64,000 bases of DNA. It comes from Bacillota bacterium. Lineage in GTDB: Bacteria > Bacillota > Clostridia > Christensenellales > SZUA-584. Each line of letters opens with the position of its first letter. The stretch's first letter is position 1. The notes under the pieces were generated by a model. That model saw only the letters and a program-made list of their open reading frames with translations, had not been told where the DNA came from and did no database searches. Location: contig JAEWTL010000038.1 of NCBI GenBank assembly GCA_023459495.1, positions 113,321 to 177,320 on the forward strand, written 5' to 3'. Of the stretch, positions 19,404-28,589 are shown piece by piece. Both the position numbers and the translations under genes were made by a program.

Positions 19404-20711
19404 CTAAACCAGCATCATCACCGGGTTCTCAAGCAGCTGTGTGACGCGGTTCGAGAAAACCGCCGCCTGTGCCCCGTCGATGCACCGGTGGTCGTATGTC
19501 AGGGAAAGCCCCATCTTCAGATGTTTTTCGATCTTCCCATCGTCGTTCATCTCCAGCTTCTGCTCAACCGCGCACACGCCGAGTATCGCGATTTCCGGCT
19601 GGTTGATGATCGGCGTAAAGGACGTGACGCCCATCATCCCGAGGTTACTGATCGTAAACGTACCGCCCGAAAACTCGTCGGGCATGAGCTTACCTTCCTT
19701 GGCCTTTGTGGATAGGGTCTTCGCCTGCTGCGAAATCTGCGACAGCGTCAGCGTATCCGCATCCTTGATAACAGGCACGATGAGCCCTTCCGGAAGCGCA
19801 ACCGCAACTCCGATGTTGATCTGTTTCTTCACGAGCAGCCCTTCTTCGGTAAACGTCGCGTTGATGCGCGGCTGCTCCTTCAGCGTCTTCGTGACCGCCA
19901 TGATAATAAAGTCATTAACAGAGATGCGTACATCGCCCGTATTGATCTGGCTGCGTAGCGCCATCAGCTCTGTCACATCCACGACGCAGTTCTGCGTAAC
20001 GGGCGGAATCTCAAGATGGCTCCCCAGCATCCGCTTTGCAATCACCTTGCGCATGGCCGTATGCGGGATGAACTCGTCCCCGCCTGCCGCCACTGCCGCA
20101 GGCGTAGCAGCCGACGATACGCCCGAAACTGCCAGTACATCCGCGCTGGTCACCTTGCCCGCAAAGCCGCTTCCCGTCACGTCATTCAGATTCAAGCCTT
20201 TGTCCGCAGCAATTGCCTTCGCAAGCGGAGTCACTTTTACCTCGGTCCTTATCCCCTCTACATCGGCCGCTTTGATCTGTCCGCGGCTGCCGCTCGGCGT
20301 AACGCTTTTAAGGTCAATCCCCTTCTCTTTCGCGATACGCTTTGCAGCGGGCGTAGCCGGCACACCTTCTCCGTTTACTGTCCTCAACACTTCTGTCTGA
20401 TGTACCGGCTCGCTCTTTGCCTCTACGCTGCCATCCCCCACCAGCTGCGCTTCATCAGCGGGAAGCGCTTCGCCCTTCTCGCCGATATAGCCAATCGTCT
20501 GAACCACCGGAACCTCGTCGCCTTCATTTGCAAGAATCTTCAGAAGGATTCCGGAGTTCATCGCCTCGACTTCCATATTCACTTTGTCTGTCTCAATCTC
20601 CAGCAAGGGCTCGCCCGTTTCGACCGGGTCTCCCTCTGCCTTCAACCATCTGACAACTTTGCCCGTTTCCATAGCCATCCCGGCCTTGGGCATGACCACC
20701 TTATATGCCAT
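19404..20711 (-). CDS. Dihydrolipoamide acyltransferase (E2)
   Basis: 435 aa. Lipoyl domain ([11 protein letters not shown]), E3/E1-binding segment ([31 protein letters not shown]), catalytic [11 protein letters not shown]. Confidence 0.9.
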   Translation of the reverse strand: [435 protein letters not shown]

Positions 20712-20720
20712 AGCGCTCCC

Positions 20721-21704
20721 CTAACCGCGTACCAGCTCGACAACCTTTTTCTTCACGTTATCGAGGGTAGGCACGACGTTTTTCTCCAGTTCCGGGCAGT
20801 AGGGTATCGGCACATCCATGCCACCATAGCGCTTGATCGGCGCGTCCAAATAGAAGAACGCGTCGCTGTCCGCAATGACCGCCGCGATTTCGCCGCCGAA
20901 GCCGCCGGTCTGGCACGCCTCGTGCACGATCAATACCCGGCCTGTCTTCTTTGCCGACGCAATGATTGTTTCCTTATCGAGCGGCACCAGCGTACGCGGG
21001 TCCACGACCTCAACGCTGATTCCTTCCTCTTTTTCCAGCGCTTCCGCCGCCTGCAGGCACATGGGCAGCATCCGGCCATACGTGATGATCGTCACATCCT
21101 TGCCTTCCCTTTGCACCTTTGCTTTGCCGATTGGCACGATGTAATCGCCCTCCGGAACATCACCCTTGGTGCGGTACAGCAGCTTCTGCTCAAGGAACAG
21201 CACCGGGTTGTCGTCGCGGATGGCCGCAATCAGCAGGCCCTTTGCATCTGCCGGGGTGGACGGGATTACAACCTTGAGACCGGGCGCATTGCAAAACCAC
21301 GCCTCAGGGCTCTGGCTGTGCTGTGCCGCCGCGCCCGTACCCGAGCCCGCCGGTGCGCGCAGCACCATCGGCACCTTGGCTTTGCCGCCAAACATATAGC
21401 GCATCTTCGCTGCTTGATTGACGAGCTGGTCCATCGATATCGTGATGAAGTCGGAGAACATGATCTCCGCGATGGGGCGCATACCGGTCACCGCTGCTCC
21501 CGCCGCCGCTCCCGCGATGACCGCTTCGGATATCGGTGTGTCGCGAACGCGGTCCGGCCCAAACTCATTAAACATGCCGACGGATACGCCGAAAGCGCCG
21601 CCGTAAAGACCTACGTCCTCACCCATTAAAAATACGTTCTCGTCGCGGCGCATCTCCTGGCTCATCGCCTCGTTGATCGCCTGTGCGTATGTCAATTCTC
21701 TCAT
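20721..21704 (-). CDS. 2-oxoacid (acetoin/pyruvate-type) dehydrogenase E1 beta subunit
   Basis: Start set at [14 protein letters not shown] (ATG at 21704), with GGGAGGA upstream. The track start at 21773 would overlap E1 alpha. Confidence 0.88.
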   Translation of the reverse strand: MRELTYAQAINEAMSQEMRRDENVFLMGEDVGLYGGAFGVSVGMFNEFGPDRVRDTPISEAVIAGAAAGAAVTGMRPIAEIMFSDFITISMDQLVNQAAKMRYMFGGKAKVPMVLRAPAGSGTGAAAQHSQSPEAWFCNAPGLKVVIPSTPADAKGLLIAAIRDDNPVLFLEQKLLYRTKGDVPEGDYIVPIGKAKVQREGKDVTIITYGRMLPMCLQAAEALEKEEGISVEVVDPRTLVPLDKETIIASAKKTGRVLIVHEACQTGGFGGEIAAVIADSDAFFYLDAPIKRYGGMDVPIPYCPELEKNVVPTLDNVKKKVVELVRG

Positions 21705-21714
21705 GCTGTCCTCC

Positions 21715-22674
21715 CTATGCGTACACATCGTCCATGATGGTATCGATGGACGGGTACGGGCTGCTCTCCGCAAACTTCACGGCATCCTCAATGGTTTGCT
21801 TCGCGCGCGCTTCAATGTTGTTGATCTGGCTTTCCGTGTATACCTTGTTCACCAGCAGATATTCCCGCATGCGCTTGATCGGCCCTTTGGACTTCCAGTC
21901 GGCGATCTCTTCCTTGGTGCGGTATACGTTCGCGTCGCTCTTGGAATGCCCCAGGAAACGGTAGGTATCGCATACAAGCAGCATCGGCCCGTTCTCCAGC
22001 ACATACTTGCGGGCCTTTTTGGTTTCCTCGTATACGGCGACCGCGTCATTGCCGTCAATCGTCTTGCCCGGTATGCCGTAGCTGCTTGCGCGAACGGAGA
22101 TATCTTCGATGCTCATGGACTTATAACGGCTCATCGACATGCCGTACTTGTTGTCCTCGCAGACAAAGAGCACGGGCAGCTTCCAAATTGCTGCCAGGTT
22201 CAGCGACTCATGGAAGGACCCTTCATTCGTCGCGCCGTCTCCAAAGAAGCCCACCACGATGCGGTCGATCTTCTTCATCTGTGTGGTCAGCGCCGCACCG
22301 ACTGCCAGCGGGATTCCGCCGCCAACCACGCCGTTTGCGCCGAGGTTGCCACCGTCCAGGTCGGCAATGTGCATCGAGCCGCCCTTGCCCTTGCAGTATC
22401 CGGCTTCCTTGCCCAGAAACTCGGCCATCATCCGGTTGATATCGATCCCTTTGGAGATACATTGGCCGTGTCCCCTGTGCGTGCTGGCGATCAGGTCCTC
22501 AGGCTCAAGCGCGCAACACACGCCCGCCGCCGCGGCTTCCTCACCCACGTACAGGTGAGTCGTGCCGTGCACCATGCCCATCGAGAAAAAGTAAGCAACT
22601 TTTTCTTCGAAATAACGCGTCAGCAGCATCTTTTCGTACATCTCTGTGAGTTTTTGCTTTGGAATTTTCATCAA
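21715..22674 (-). CDS. 2-oxoacid (acetoin/pyruvate-type) dehydrogenase E1 alpha subunit, TPP-dependent
   Basis: 319 aa. TPP motif [18 protein letters not shown]. The short AcoA-like length and sequence ([14 protein letters not shown]) also fit. Confidence 0.88.
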   Translation of the reverse strand: MMKIPKQKLTEMYEKMLLTRYFEEKVAYFFSMGMVHGTTHLYVGEEAAAAGVCCALEPEDLIASTHRGHGQCISKGIDINRMMAEFLGKEAGYCKGKGGSMHIADLDGGNLGANGVVGGGIPLAVGAALTTQMKKIDRIVVGFFGDGATNEGSFHESLNLAAIWKLPVLFVCEDNKYGMSMSRYKSMSIEDISVRASSYGIPGKTIDGNDAVAVYEETKKARKYVLENGPMLLVCDTYRFLGHSKSDANVYRTKEEIADWKSKGPIKRMREYLLVNKVYTESQINNIEARAKQTIEDAVKFAESSPYPSIDTIMDDVYA

Positions 22675-22736
22675 ATCACTATCCTTAAATTTTTAGTAAA
22701 CTTCATCAAGCTGCAAAAACAAACCAGCTTATCGAA

Positions 22737-23681
22737 CTATTCAACATTGCACTTCTTCAGCAGCGCCTGCCACTTCTTATCGACCGCAGTCTGGATATCC
22801 GCTACCAGCTGCTCATTTCCTTTTTTGAAGAGGTGCTTGAACCGGCCCTGAGCTTTCAGGAAATCCTCCACCGGGCGCTTGTTCTTCGGCATATAGTTCA
22901 GCGTCCACTTGCCGTCCTGAACTTCGTAGAGCGGCCAGAAGCAGGTCTCCACCGCCATCTTGCATATTTCCATGATATCGGCGGAATCGTACCGCCATCC
23001 GCGGGGGCACGGCGCCATAATATTCAGGAACGACGCGCCGGGGGTGTAGATCGCTTTCTCCGCTTTCTCATGCAGGTCCTTGAAGTTGCCGACGAATGTG
23101 GTCTGACCGACGTACGCCACGTTGTGCGCCGCGATGATTTCCGTTAAGTCCTTACCCTGCTGCGCCTTGCCTGGGCTGTTCTTGCCCGCGGCTGACGTGG
23201 TCGTGTCAGCGTACATCGGTGTGCCGGAGGAGCGCTGGATACCCGTGTTCATGTAAGCGCCGTTGTCGTAGCAGACATACACCATGTCGTGGCCGCGTTC
23301 CATCGCGCCGGAGAGCGACTGAAAGCCGATATCATACGTACCACCGTCGCCGCCGAAGGCAATGAATTTGTAGTCTTCGTTGATCTTGCCCTGTTTTTTC
23401 AAAGCGCGATACGCCGCTTCCGCGCCGCTGATGGTCGCCCCCGCGTTTTCAAACGCGCTGTGGATAAAAGAATCGTTCCATGCCGTGTACGGATACAGGC
23501 AGGTGGATACCTCCAGACAGCCGGTGGCGCTGCAGATGACCGCTTTATCCTCAGGCTTCAGCGCCCTCAAGACGCCCCGAACTGCAATACCCGCTCCGCA
23601 GCCTGCGCACAGCCTGTGTCCGCCGCTGAGGCGCTCGGGTTTACTCATTTGTTCTTTAAAATTATAGGCCACTTGTGACAC
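22737..23681 (-). CDS. porB: 2-oxoacid:ferredoxin oxidoreductase beta (TPP-binding) subunit
   Basis: 314 aa. N-terminal Cys cluster (CAGCGAG...C) and TPP motif GGDGGTYDIG. Confidence 0.88.
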   Translation of the reverse strand: MSQVAYNFKEQMSKPERLSGGHRLCAGCGAGIAVRGVLRALKPEDKAVICSATGCLEVSTCLYPYTAWNDSFIHSAFENAGATISGAEAAYRALKKQGKINEDYKFIAFGGDGGTYDIGFQSLSGAMERGHDMVYVCYDNGAYMNTGIQRSSGTPMYADTTTSAAGKNSPGKAQQGKDLTEIIAAHNVAYVGQTTFVGNFKDLHEKAEKAIYTPGASFLNIMAPCPRGWRYDSADIMEICKMAVETCFWPLYEVQDGKWTLNYMPKNKRPVEDFLKAQGRFKHLFKKGNEQLVADIQTAVDKKWQALLKKCNVE

Positions 23682-23684
23682 CCC

Positions 23685-24866
23685 CTATTTCCTTAATCCC
23701 ACGTATTGATAGTGCGACGGCACATTGCCCGTCTTGTCCATTTCGATCAGGCTCTCAAATACCGCCTTGATGCTCTCAATCTTTACGTCGCGTCCGCCCA
23801 GGCCATAGACAAAGTTCGCAGCCTTGACTCCCGGGGTTTTACCAAAAAGCGCTGCTTTCACTTCCGCGCCGACCGGTCCGCCGTTATTGGAATAGCCTTC
23901 AGACTTATCCATGAGGCCAACCGCCTTTACATTCTTCAGTGCGTCTGCGATCTCTTCCGCCGGGAAGGGGCGGTATACGCGAATCTTCACGAGCCCCGCT
24001 TTCATGCCCTCGCTGCGCAGCTCGTCCACCGCGTCCTTGGCAGTTCCCGCTGACGATCCAATGATCACGACGGCGAATTGCGCATCGTCCATGCGATACT
24101 GCTCGATGAAGCCGTATTTGCGGCCCGAAACCTTCTCATATTCTTCCGCGATTTCAGCGATTACCCGCTTCGCGTTCTCCATGGCAACCGCCTGCTGATA
24201 CTTGTGCTCCATGTAATAGGCGCTGGTGTCGTACGGCCCCATGGACATATTCTCCTGCTCGTGCAGCAGATACTGCTCCGGGCGGTATGTGCCAACGAAA
24301 CCTTTAACCTTTTCAGCCTCGAGAATCTCGATATTCTCGACCGCGTGGCTCGTGATAAACCCGTCCTGACAGGCCATCACCGGCAGCTGCACGTCCTTGT
24401 GCTCACCGATCCTCACGCACTGTATGAAATTGTCGTACGCTTCCTGCGCGTTCTCCGCGTATATCTGAATCCAGCCCGCGTCCCGCGCGCCCATGGAATC
24501 GCTATGGTCGTTGTTGATGTTGATCGGGCCGGACAGCGCGCGGTTGACAACCGCCATCGTGACGGGCAGTCTGGATGAAGCCGCGACATAGAGCATTTCC
24601 CACATCAGCGCGAGGCCGCAGGAGGATGTCGCCGTCATGCTCCGGGCGCCGGCTGCCTGCGCGCCAATGCACGCGGACATGGAACTGTGCTCGGACTCGA
24701 CCGCGACAAATTCCGTATCGATCTCTCCGTTTGCCACATAGGTGGATATAAACTGCGGAATCTCCGTAGACGGAGTAATCGGAAAAGCCGCGATGACATC
24801 CGGGTTGATCTGTTTGATGGCGATCGCAACCGCCTCGTTTCCTGAAAACCGTTCTCTTATTGCCAT
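23685..24866 (-). CDS. porA: 2-oxoacid:ferredoxin oxidoreductase alpha subunit
   Basis: 393 aa. MAIRERFSGNEAVAIAIKQINPDVIAAFPITPSTE is a typical POR/VOR alpha N-terminus. Confidence 0.88.
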   Translation of the reverse strand: MAIRERFSGNEAVAIAIKQINPDVIAAFPITPSTEIPQFISTYVANGEIDTEFVAVESEHSSMSACIGAQAAGARSMTATSSCGLALMWEMLYVAASSRLPVTMAVVNRALSGPININNDHSDSMGARDAGWIQIYAENAQEAYDNFIQCVRIGEHKDVQLPVMACQDGFITSHAVENIEILEAEKVKGFVGTYRPEQYLLHEQENMSMGPYDTSAYYMEHKYQQAVAMENAKRVIAEIAEEYEKVSGRKYGFIEQYRMDDAQFAVVIIGSSAGTAKDAVDELRSEGMKAGLVKIRVYRPFPAEEIADALKNVKAVGLMDKSEGYSNNGGPVGAEVKAALFGKTPGVKAANFVYGLGGRDVKIESIKAVFESLIEMDKTGNVPSHYQYVGLRK

Positions 24867-24878
24867 TTGCGTCTCCTC

Positions 24879-25187
24879 CTATTCTCCGACTTTCGTGTAC
24901 GAAATCGCCTTGAATGGGCATACCTTAAAGCAGATGCCGCATCCCTTGCAATGTTCAAAATCAAACTCCTGGCGCTTGCCGTTCTCTACCGGGATGGAGC
25001 TGTCCGGGCATACCGGCACGCACAGCAGGCACTGCTTGCAGTTTTCGGGGTGCCATGCCGGAATCGCGGTCCGCCAGTCACCGGTATTGAAGTCTCGGGA
25101 ATTGCCCGCCGCATAGATCATGCCGCCCGGGGTCATCTGCTCATACGTGCTTTCCGGCGTGATGTTCTTCATCTTATTATCTTTCAT
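24879..25187 (-). CDS. porD: 2-oxoacid:ferredoxin oxidoreductase delta subunit (2x[4Fe-4S])
   Basis: CKQCLLCVPVCP and CKGCGICFKVCP motifs. Start set at MKDNKMKNI (ATG at 25187), 9 nt after GGAGG. Confidence 0.85.
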   Translation of the reverse strand: MKDNKMKNITPESTYEQMTPGGMIYAAGNSRDFNTGDWRTAIPAWHPENCKQCLLCVPVCPDSSIPVENGKRQEFDFEHCKGCGICFKVCPFKAISYTKVGE

Positions 25188-25761
25188 ATAAGCGAACCCC
25201 CTCCATAGACCTTTCAAGCGCTTTCATATTGCCTTCGATGACCTCGGGCTTCGTCGCAAACTTATGCTTGAACGAGTTCCTCATGTTATCAAAGAATATG
25301 TCCTTGTCCATCGCGCCGCTGATTTTTACCACCGCGGCCAGCATGGGCGTGTTCGGTATATTTCTGCCGATGGTTTCGGTCGCGATCTTGCCTGCGTCCA
25401 CGGTATAGACCTTCCCTTTATAACCGCCCAAAGCCGCAGCGATTTCACCCGGTTCTTTGCTGCTGTTGACTACGATAGCGCCGTCTTCCTTCAGGCCCGC
25501 TGTGACATCGACTGTACCGACGAGTGTTTCGTCCATCACGGCCACATAATCGGGTTCATAGATATTCGAGTGAACGCGTATGGGCTGATCGCTCAGGCGG
25601 GTATAGGCCGTAATCGGCGCGCCCATTCTTTCCGGGCCATACTCCGGAAACCCCTGCACGTAAAGGCCTTGGCTGAAAGCCACATCCGCCAGCAGCAGCG
25701 ATGCGGTTTTTGCGCCCTGTCCTCCCCTTCCGTGCCAGCGGATTTCGATTCGTTTATTCAT
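25177..25761 (-). CDS. porG: 2-oxoacid:ferredoxin oxidoreductase gamma subunit
   Basis: 194 aa. IRWHGRGGQGAKTASLLLA is the canonical gamma-subunit motif. Confidence 0.88.
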   Translation of the reverse strand: MNKRIEIRWHGRGGQGAKTASLLLADVAFSQGLYVQGFPEYGPERMGAPITAYTRLSDQPIRVHSNIYEPDYVAVMDETLVGTVDVTAGLKEDGAIVVNSSKEPGEIAAALGGYKGKVYTVDAGKIATETIGRNIPNTPMLAAVVKISGAMDKDIFFDNMRNSFKHKFATKPEVIEGNMKALERSMEGVRLYER

Positions 25762-25860
25762 AATCTTTTATCCTCCAGATAGATTTTTCGATTCAATGGA
25801 GAGCCTTCAAAGGGGTAAATCCCCAGCAGTTCTGATTAAGAACGCGGCTCCCGCTGCTCA

Positions 25861-26808
25861 TTAAGCAAATCTTTTCCAAGCGGCTTTTGCCTTTTCCGCA
25901 ATGACCTCAGCCGTCATACCGTAGGCCTCCATAATCTCAGGCAGCGGGCCGGAACGTCCAAACATATCGTTCACACCATGCCGAATCACAGGAACGGGGC
26001 AGTTCTCGCTGATGAACTCGGAGACCGCAGCGCCCAGCCCGCCAATCACGTTATGATCCTCTGAGGTGATGATCAGCTTGGTTTCGGTGGCTGCCTTGTG
26101 CAGAATATCGGTATCAAGGGGCTTGATCGTATGCATATCGATCACGCGGGCGGAGATCCCCGCCGCAGCCAGCATTTGCGCGGCTTTGAGCGATTCCTGC
26201 ACCATCACGCCCGTCGCGACGATGGTGATGTCGCTTCCGTCCCGCAGCGTGACGCCCTTGCCAAGTTCAAACTGATAACCGTTAATCGCCTCCGTTACGT
26301 TTTCGACGGCTGAGCGCCCAAGTCGCATGTATACCGGGCCTTCGTAATCGATCATCGCCTTCAACGCGGCTTGCGTCTCGTTCGCGTCACAGGGGCTCAA
26401 AACCGTCATTCCCGGTATAACGCGCATCAGTGCAATGTCCTCAATACACTGGTGGGTTGCCCCGTCCTCCCCCGCGCTGAGTCCCGAATGGGTTCCGACA
26501 ATCTTAACGTTCAGGTGCGGATAGCAGACGGAGTTGCGAACCTGATCGTAGATGCGGCCCGTGCTGAACATGGCAAACGAGTTGATGATCGGTATCTTTC
26601 CGCACGTCGCTGTACCTGCGGCGTAACCGGCCATATTGCATTCTGAAATGCCCATGTTGAAGAACCGTTCCGGACATACCGCCTGAAACTCGCAGGATTG
26701 CGTGGCGCACGCAAGGTCCGCATCGAACACGATAACCCGCTCGTTTTCTTTGCCGTATTGGGCGAGCGCTTTGCCATAAGCCACCCTTGTGGATATCATT
26801 TCACCCAT
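25861..26808 (-). CDS. Transketolase, C-terminal (pyrimidine-binding) subunit
   Basis: The split-TK B subunit begins MGEMISTRVAYGKAL. Its start overlaps the stop of the A subunit as TGATG. Confidence 0.88.
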   Translation of the reverse strand: MGEMISTRVAYGKALAQYGKENERVIVFDADLACATQSCEFQAVCPERFFNMGISECNMAGYAAGTATCGKIPIINSFAMFSTGRIYDQVRNSVCYPHLNVKIVGTHSGLSAGEDGATHQCIEDIALMRVIPGMTVLSPCDANETQAALKAMIDYEGPVYMRLGRSAVENVTEAINGYQFELGKGVTLRDGSDITIVATGVMVQESLKAAQMLAAAGISARVIDMHTIKPLDTDILHKAATETKLIITSEDHNVIGGLGAAVSEFISENCPVPVIRHGVNDMFGRSGPLPEIMEAYGMTAEVIAEKAKAAWKRFA

Positions 26809-27647
26809 CACTTCGCCTCCAACTCTTCCAGGGAACACAGCAATTCGGCCTTCGCAAGGCAGTACTGCTGCTCATCAGGCGTATGCCCGTGCCATTGCAC
26901 GTCGTTTTCCATAAAAGAAACGCCTTTTCCCTTGGCGGTTTTGGCGAGGATCATGGTCGGCTTCCCCTTGCAGGCCTCGGCCGCGTCCAGCGCCCGGATA
27001 ATCGCTTCATAGTCGTGCCCGTCGATCACAATCACGTTCCAGCCGAACGCTTCCCATTTCTTATCCAGCGGTTCGATTGGCATAACCTCGGCGGTCGTGC
27101 CGTCAATCTGCAGTCCGTTTACATCGATAAACCCGCACAGATTGTCTAGCTTGTATTTGGCGGCAGCCATCGCCGCCTCCCAAATCTGGCCTTCCTGTAT
27201 TTCACCGTCTCCCATGATGGCATAGACGCGATACGGCCTGTTGTCGAGCTTTCCCGCAAGCGCCATGCCGCTCGCGGCAGACAGCCCCTGTCCAAGCGAA
27301 CCTGCGGACATGTCAACGCCCTTGATATGCGTCATCTCCACGTGGCCGGACATACGCCCCTTTGCGCTGCGAAACAGCTTAAGATCATCTTCCGGGAAAA
27401 AACCCTTGAGCGCCAGCACCGGATACAACGCGGGCGTACAATGCCCTTTGGAAAGGACCAGCCGGTCGCGGTCCAGGTTCTTTGGGTCTTTGGGGTCCAC
27501 AACCATTCGTTCAAAATAGAGAACAGTCAGAATATCCAATACGGAGAACGAGCCGCCTATATGTCCGGAATGACAGCAGTTTATTGTTTCCAGACCCATC
27601 AATCGCAGTTTGGCCGCCGTTTTGGCCAGACTTTTCACATCGTGCAC
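26808..27647 (-). CDS. Transketolase, N-terminal (TPP-binding) subunit
   Basis: 279 aa. CHSGHIGGSFS and the TPP motif GDGEIQEGQIWEA. Confidence 0.88.
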   Translation of the reverse strand: MHDVKSLAKTAAKLRLMGLETINCCHSGHIGGSFSVLDILTVLYFERMVVDPKDPKNLDRDRLVLSKGHCTPALYPVLALKGFFPEDDLKLFRSAKGRMSGHVEMTHIKGVDMSAGSLGQGLSAASGMALAGKLDNRPYRVYAIMGDGEIQEGQIWEAAMAAAKYKLDNLCGFIDVNGLQIDGTTAEVMPIEPLDKKWEAFGWNVIVIDGHDYEAIIRALDAAEACKGKPTMILAKTAKGKGVSFMENDVQWHGHTPDEQQYCLAKAELLCSLEELEAK

Positions 27648-27781
27648 TGCTCATGCTTCCTTTCAAAAACGCTTGCACGGACTTTTACGGTATACAAACT
27701 AAGAGCGGCAGGCATAATCGTTCAAAACGATCGAATATGCCTCACCACGATACTAAAAATCCGTTCTATTTCTAAAGCAAC

Positions 27782-27803
27782 GAAGGTGCGTTTTGCACCT
27801 TCC
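27782..27803 (-). terminator. Stem-loop immediately after the aldolase-like gene (possible terminator or processing site)
   Basis: GAAGGTGC-GTTT-TGCACCTTC inverted repeat directly downstream of the stop at 27805. The T-tract is only modest (GTTGCTTTAG on the transcribed strand). Confidence 0.45.
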
Positions 27804-27804
27804 C

Positions 27805-28485
27805 CTACCTTTTACGCGTTACCTCTTCCGGCATGGGGGCTTTCCCCTGGCCGTAGTATTTGAATACGTCAACCGCCTGCTCAACCTGTGCGGGCGTCAG
27901 CTGTGCGACCTGGTCGCTCATGCTCCGCGCGTATACATAGGTCTTCGCCGCTTCCTCAAGGTACACACACGCATAAAGGGCTTCTTTCAGCGTGGTACCC
28001 AGCGCGATTACGCCATGGTTCTTGAGTATGACGGCAAGCTGGTCTCCGGCATGTTCAACCGTATGGATTCCCATATCGATGCTGGCGGCGGATGCGAACG
28101 GGAGCACCTTAACCGGGCCCTTTGTCGCATTCGGCAGCGTCGTTACAATGCAGGGCAGCTCGTCTGCTACAAGGCCCACCGCGGTCGCAACCGGCTGATG
28201 CGTATGGATCACGGCATTGATGTGCGGCATGTGCTTGTAGATATATAACAAAGCCCCGGTGTCAACCGAAGCGGACCGGGTCCCCTCTATCACGTTGCCT
28301 TCAATATCGACCACCAGAATATCTTCCGCGACCATATCCTCATAGATCATGCCGGACGGTGTAACCAGTATTTCACCGGTGCTCATCCGGGCGCTGACGT
28401 TGCCGCCGGACAATGCGATCAGTCCGTACCGGTCAAGCTTCAAAGCCGCATGGATAACTTGCTTTCTTTCATTCTCGAATTTCAT
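27805..28485 (-). CDS. Class II aldolase/adducin-family protein (L-ribulose-5-P 4-epimerase or fuculose/deoxy-sugar-1-P aldolase-like)
   Basis: 226 aa. SGGNVSAR, the metal-binding HTHQP, and NHGVIALG. Confidence 0.8.
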   Translation of the reverse strand: MKFENERKQVIHAALKLDRYGLIALSGGNVSARMSTGEILVTPSGMIYEDMVAEDILVVDIEGNVIEGTRSASVDTGALLYIYKHMPHINAVIHTHQPVATAVGLVADELPCIVTTLPNATKGPVKVLPFASAASIDMGIHTVEHAGDQLAVILKNHGVIALGTTLKEALYACVYLEEAAKTYVYARSMSDQVAQLTPAQVEQAVDVFKYYGQGKAPMPEEVTRKR

Positions 28486-28536
28486 CGAGCATCATCCTTT
28501 CACTTTTGATAACGCATCGCGCTATCACGCTTATCC

Positions 28537-28574
28537 GCCGCGGCAGCGGAACTGCGGAAGCCAGCTGCCGCGGC
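28537..28574 (-). promoter_or_regulatory. GC-rich intercistronic stem-loop between the PLP-enzyme and aldolase-like genes
   Basis: GCCGCGGCAGC (28537-28547) pairs with GCTGCCGCGGC (28564-28574). 16-nt loop, no clear U-tract. Confidence 0.5.
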
Positions 28575-28589
28575 AAATAAACGAACGTT

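Noticed and set aside
25861-27647. Split transketolase as evidence for the described sulfoquinovose sulfo-TK pathway, the D-apiose transketolase pathway, or the 5-deoxyribose/methylthioribose shunt.
   Set aside because: The window has no sulfoquinovosidase, sulfoacetaldehyde reductase, isethionate exporter or MtnK/MtnA-type genes. The apiose-type or L-xylulose-type logic can explain the sugar genes, but not the Liv importer, the PLP lyase or the CoADR-RHD. I therefore kept these only as partial explanations, not as identifications.
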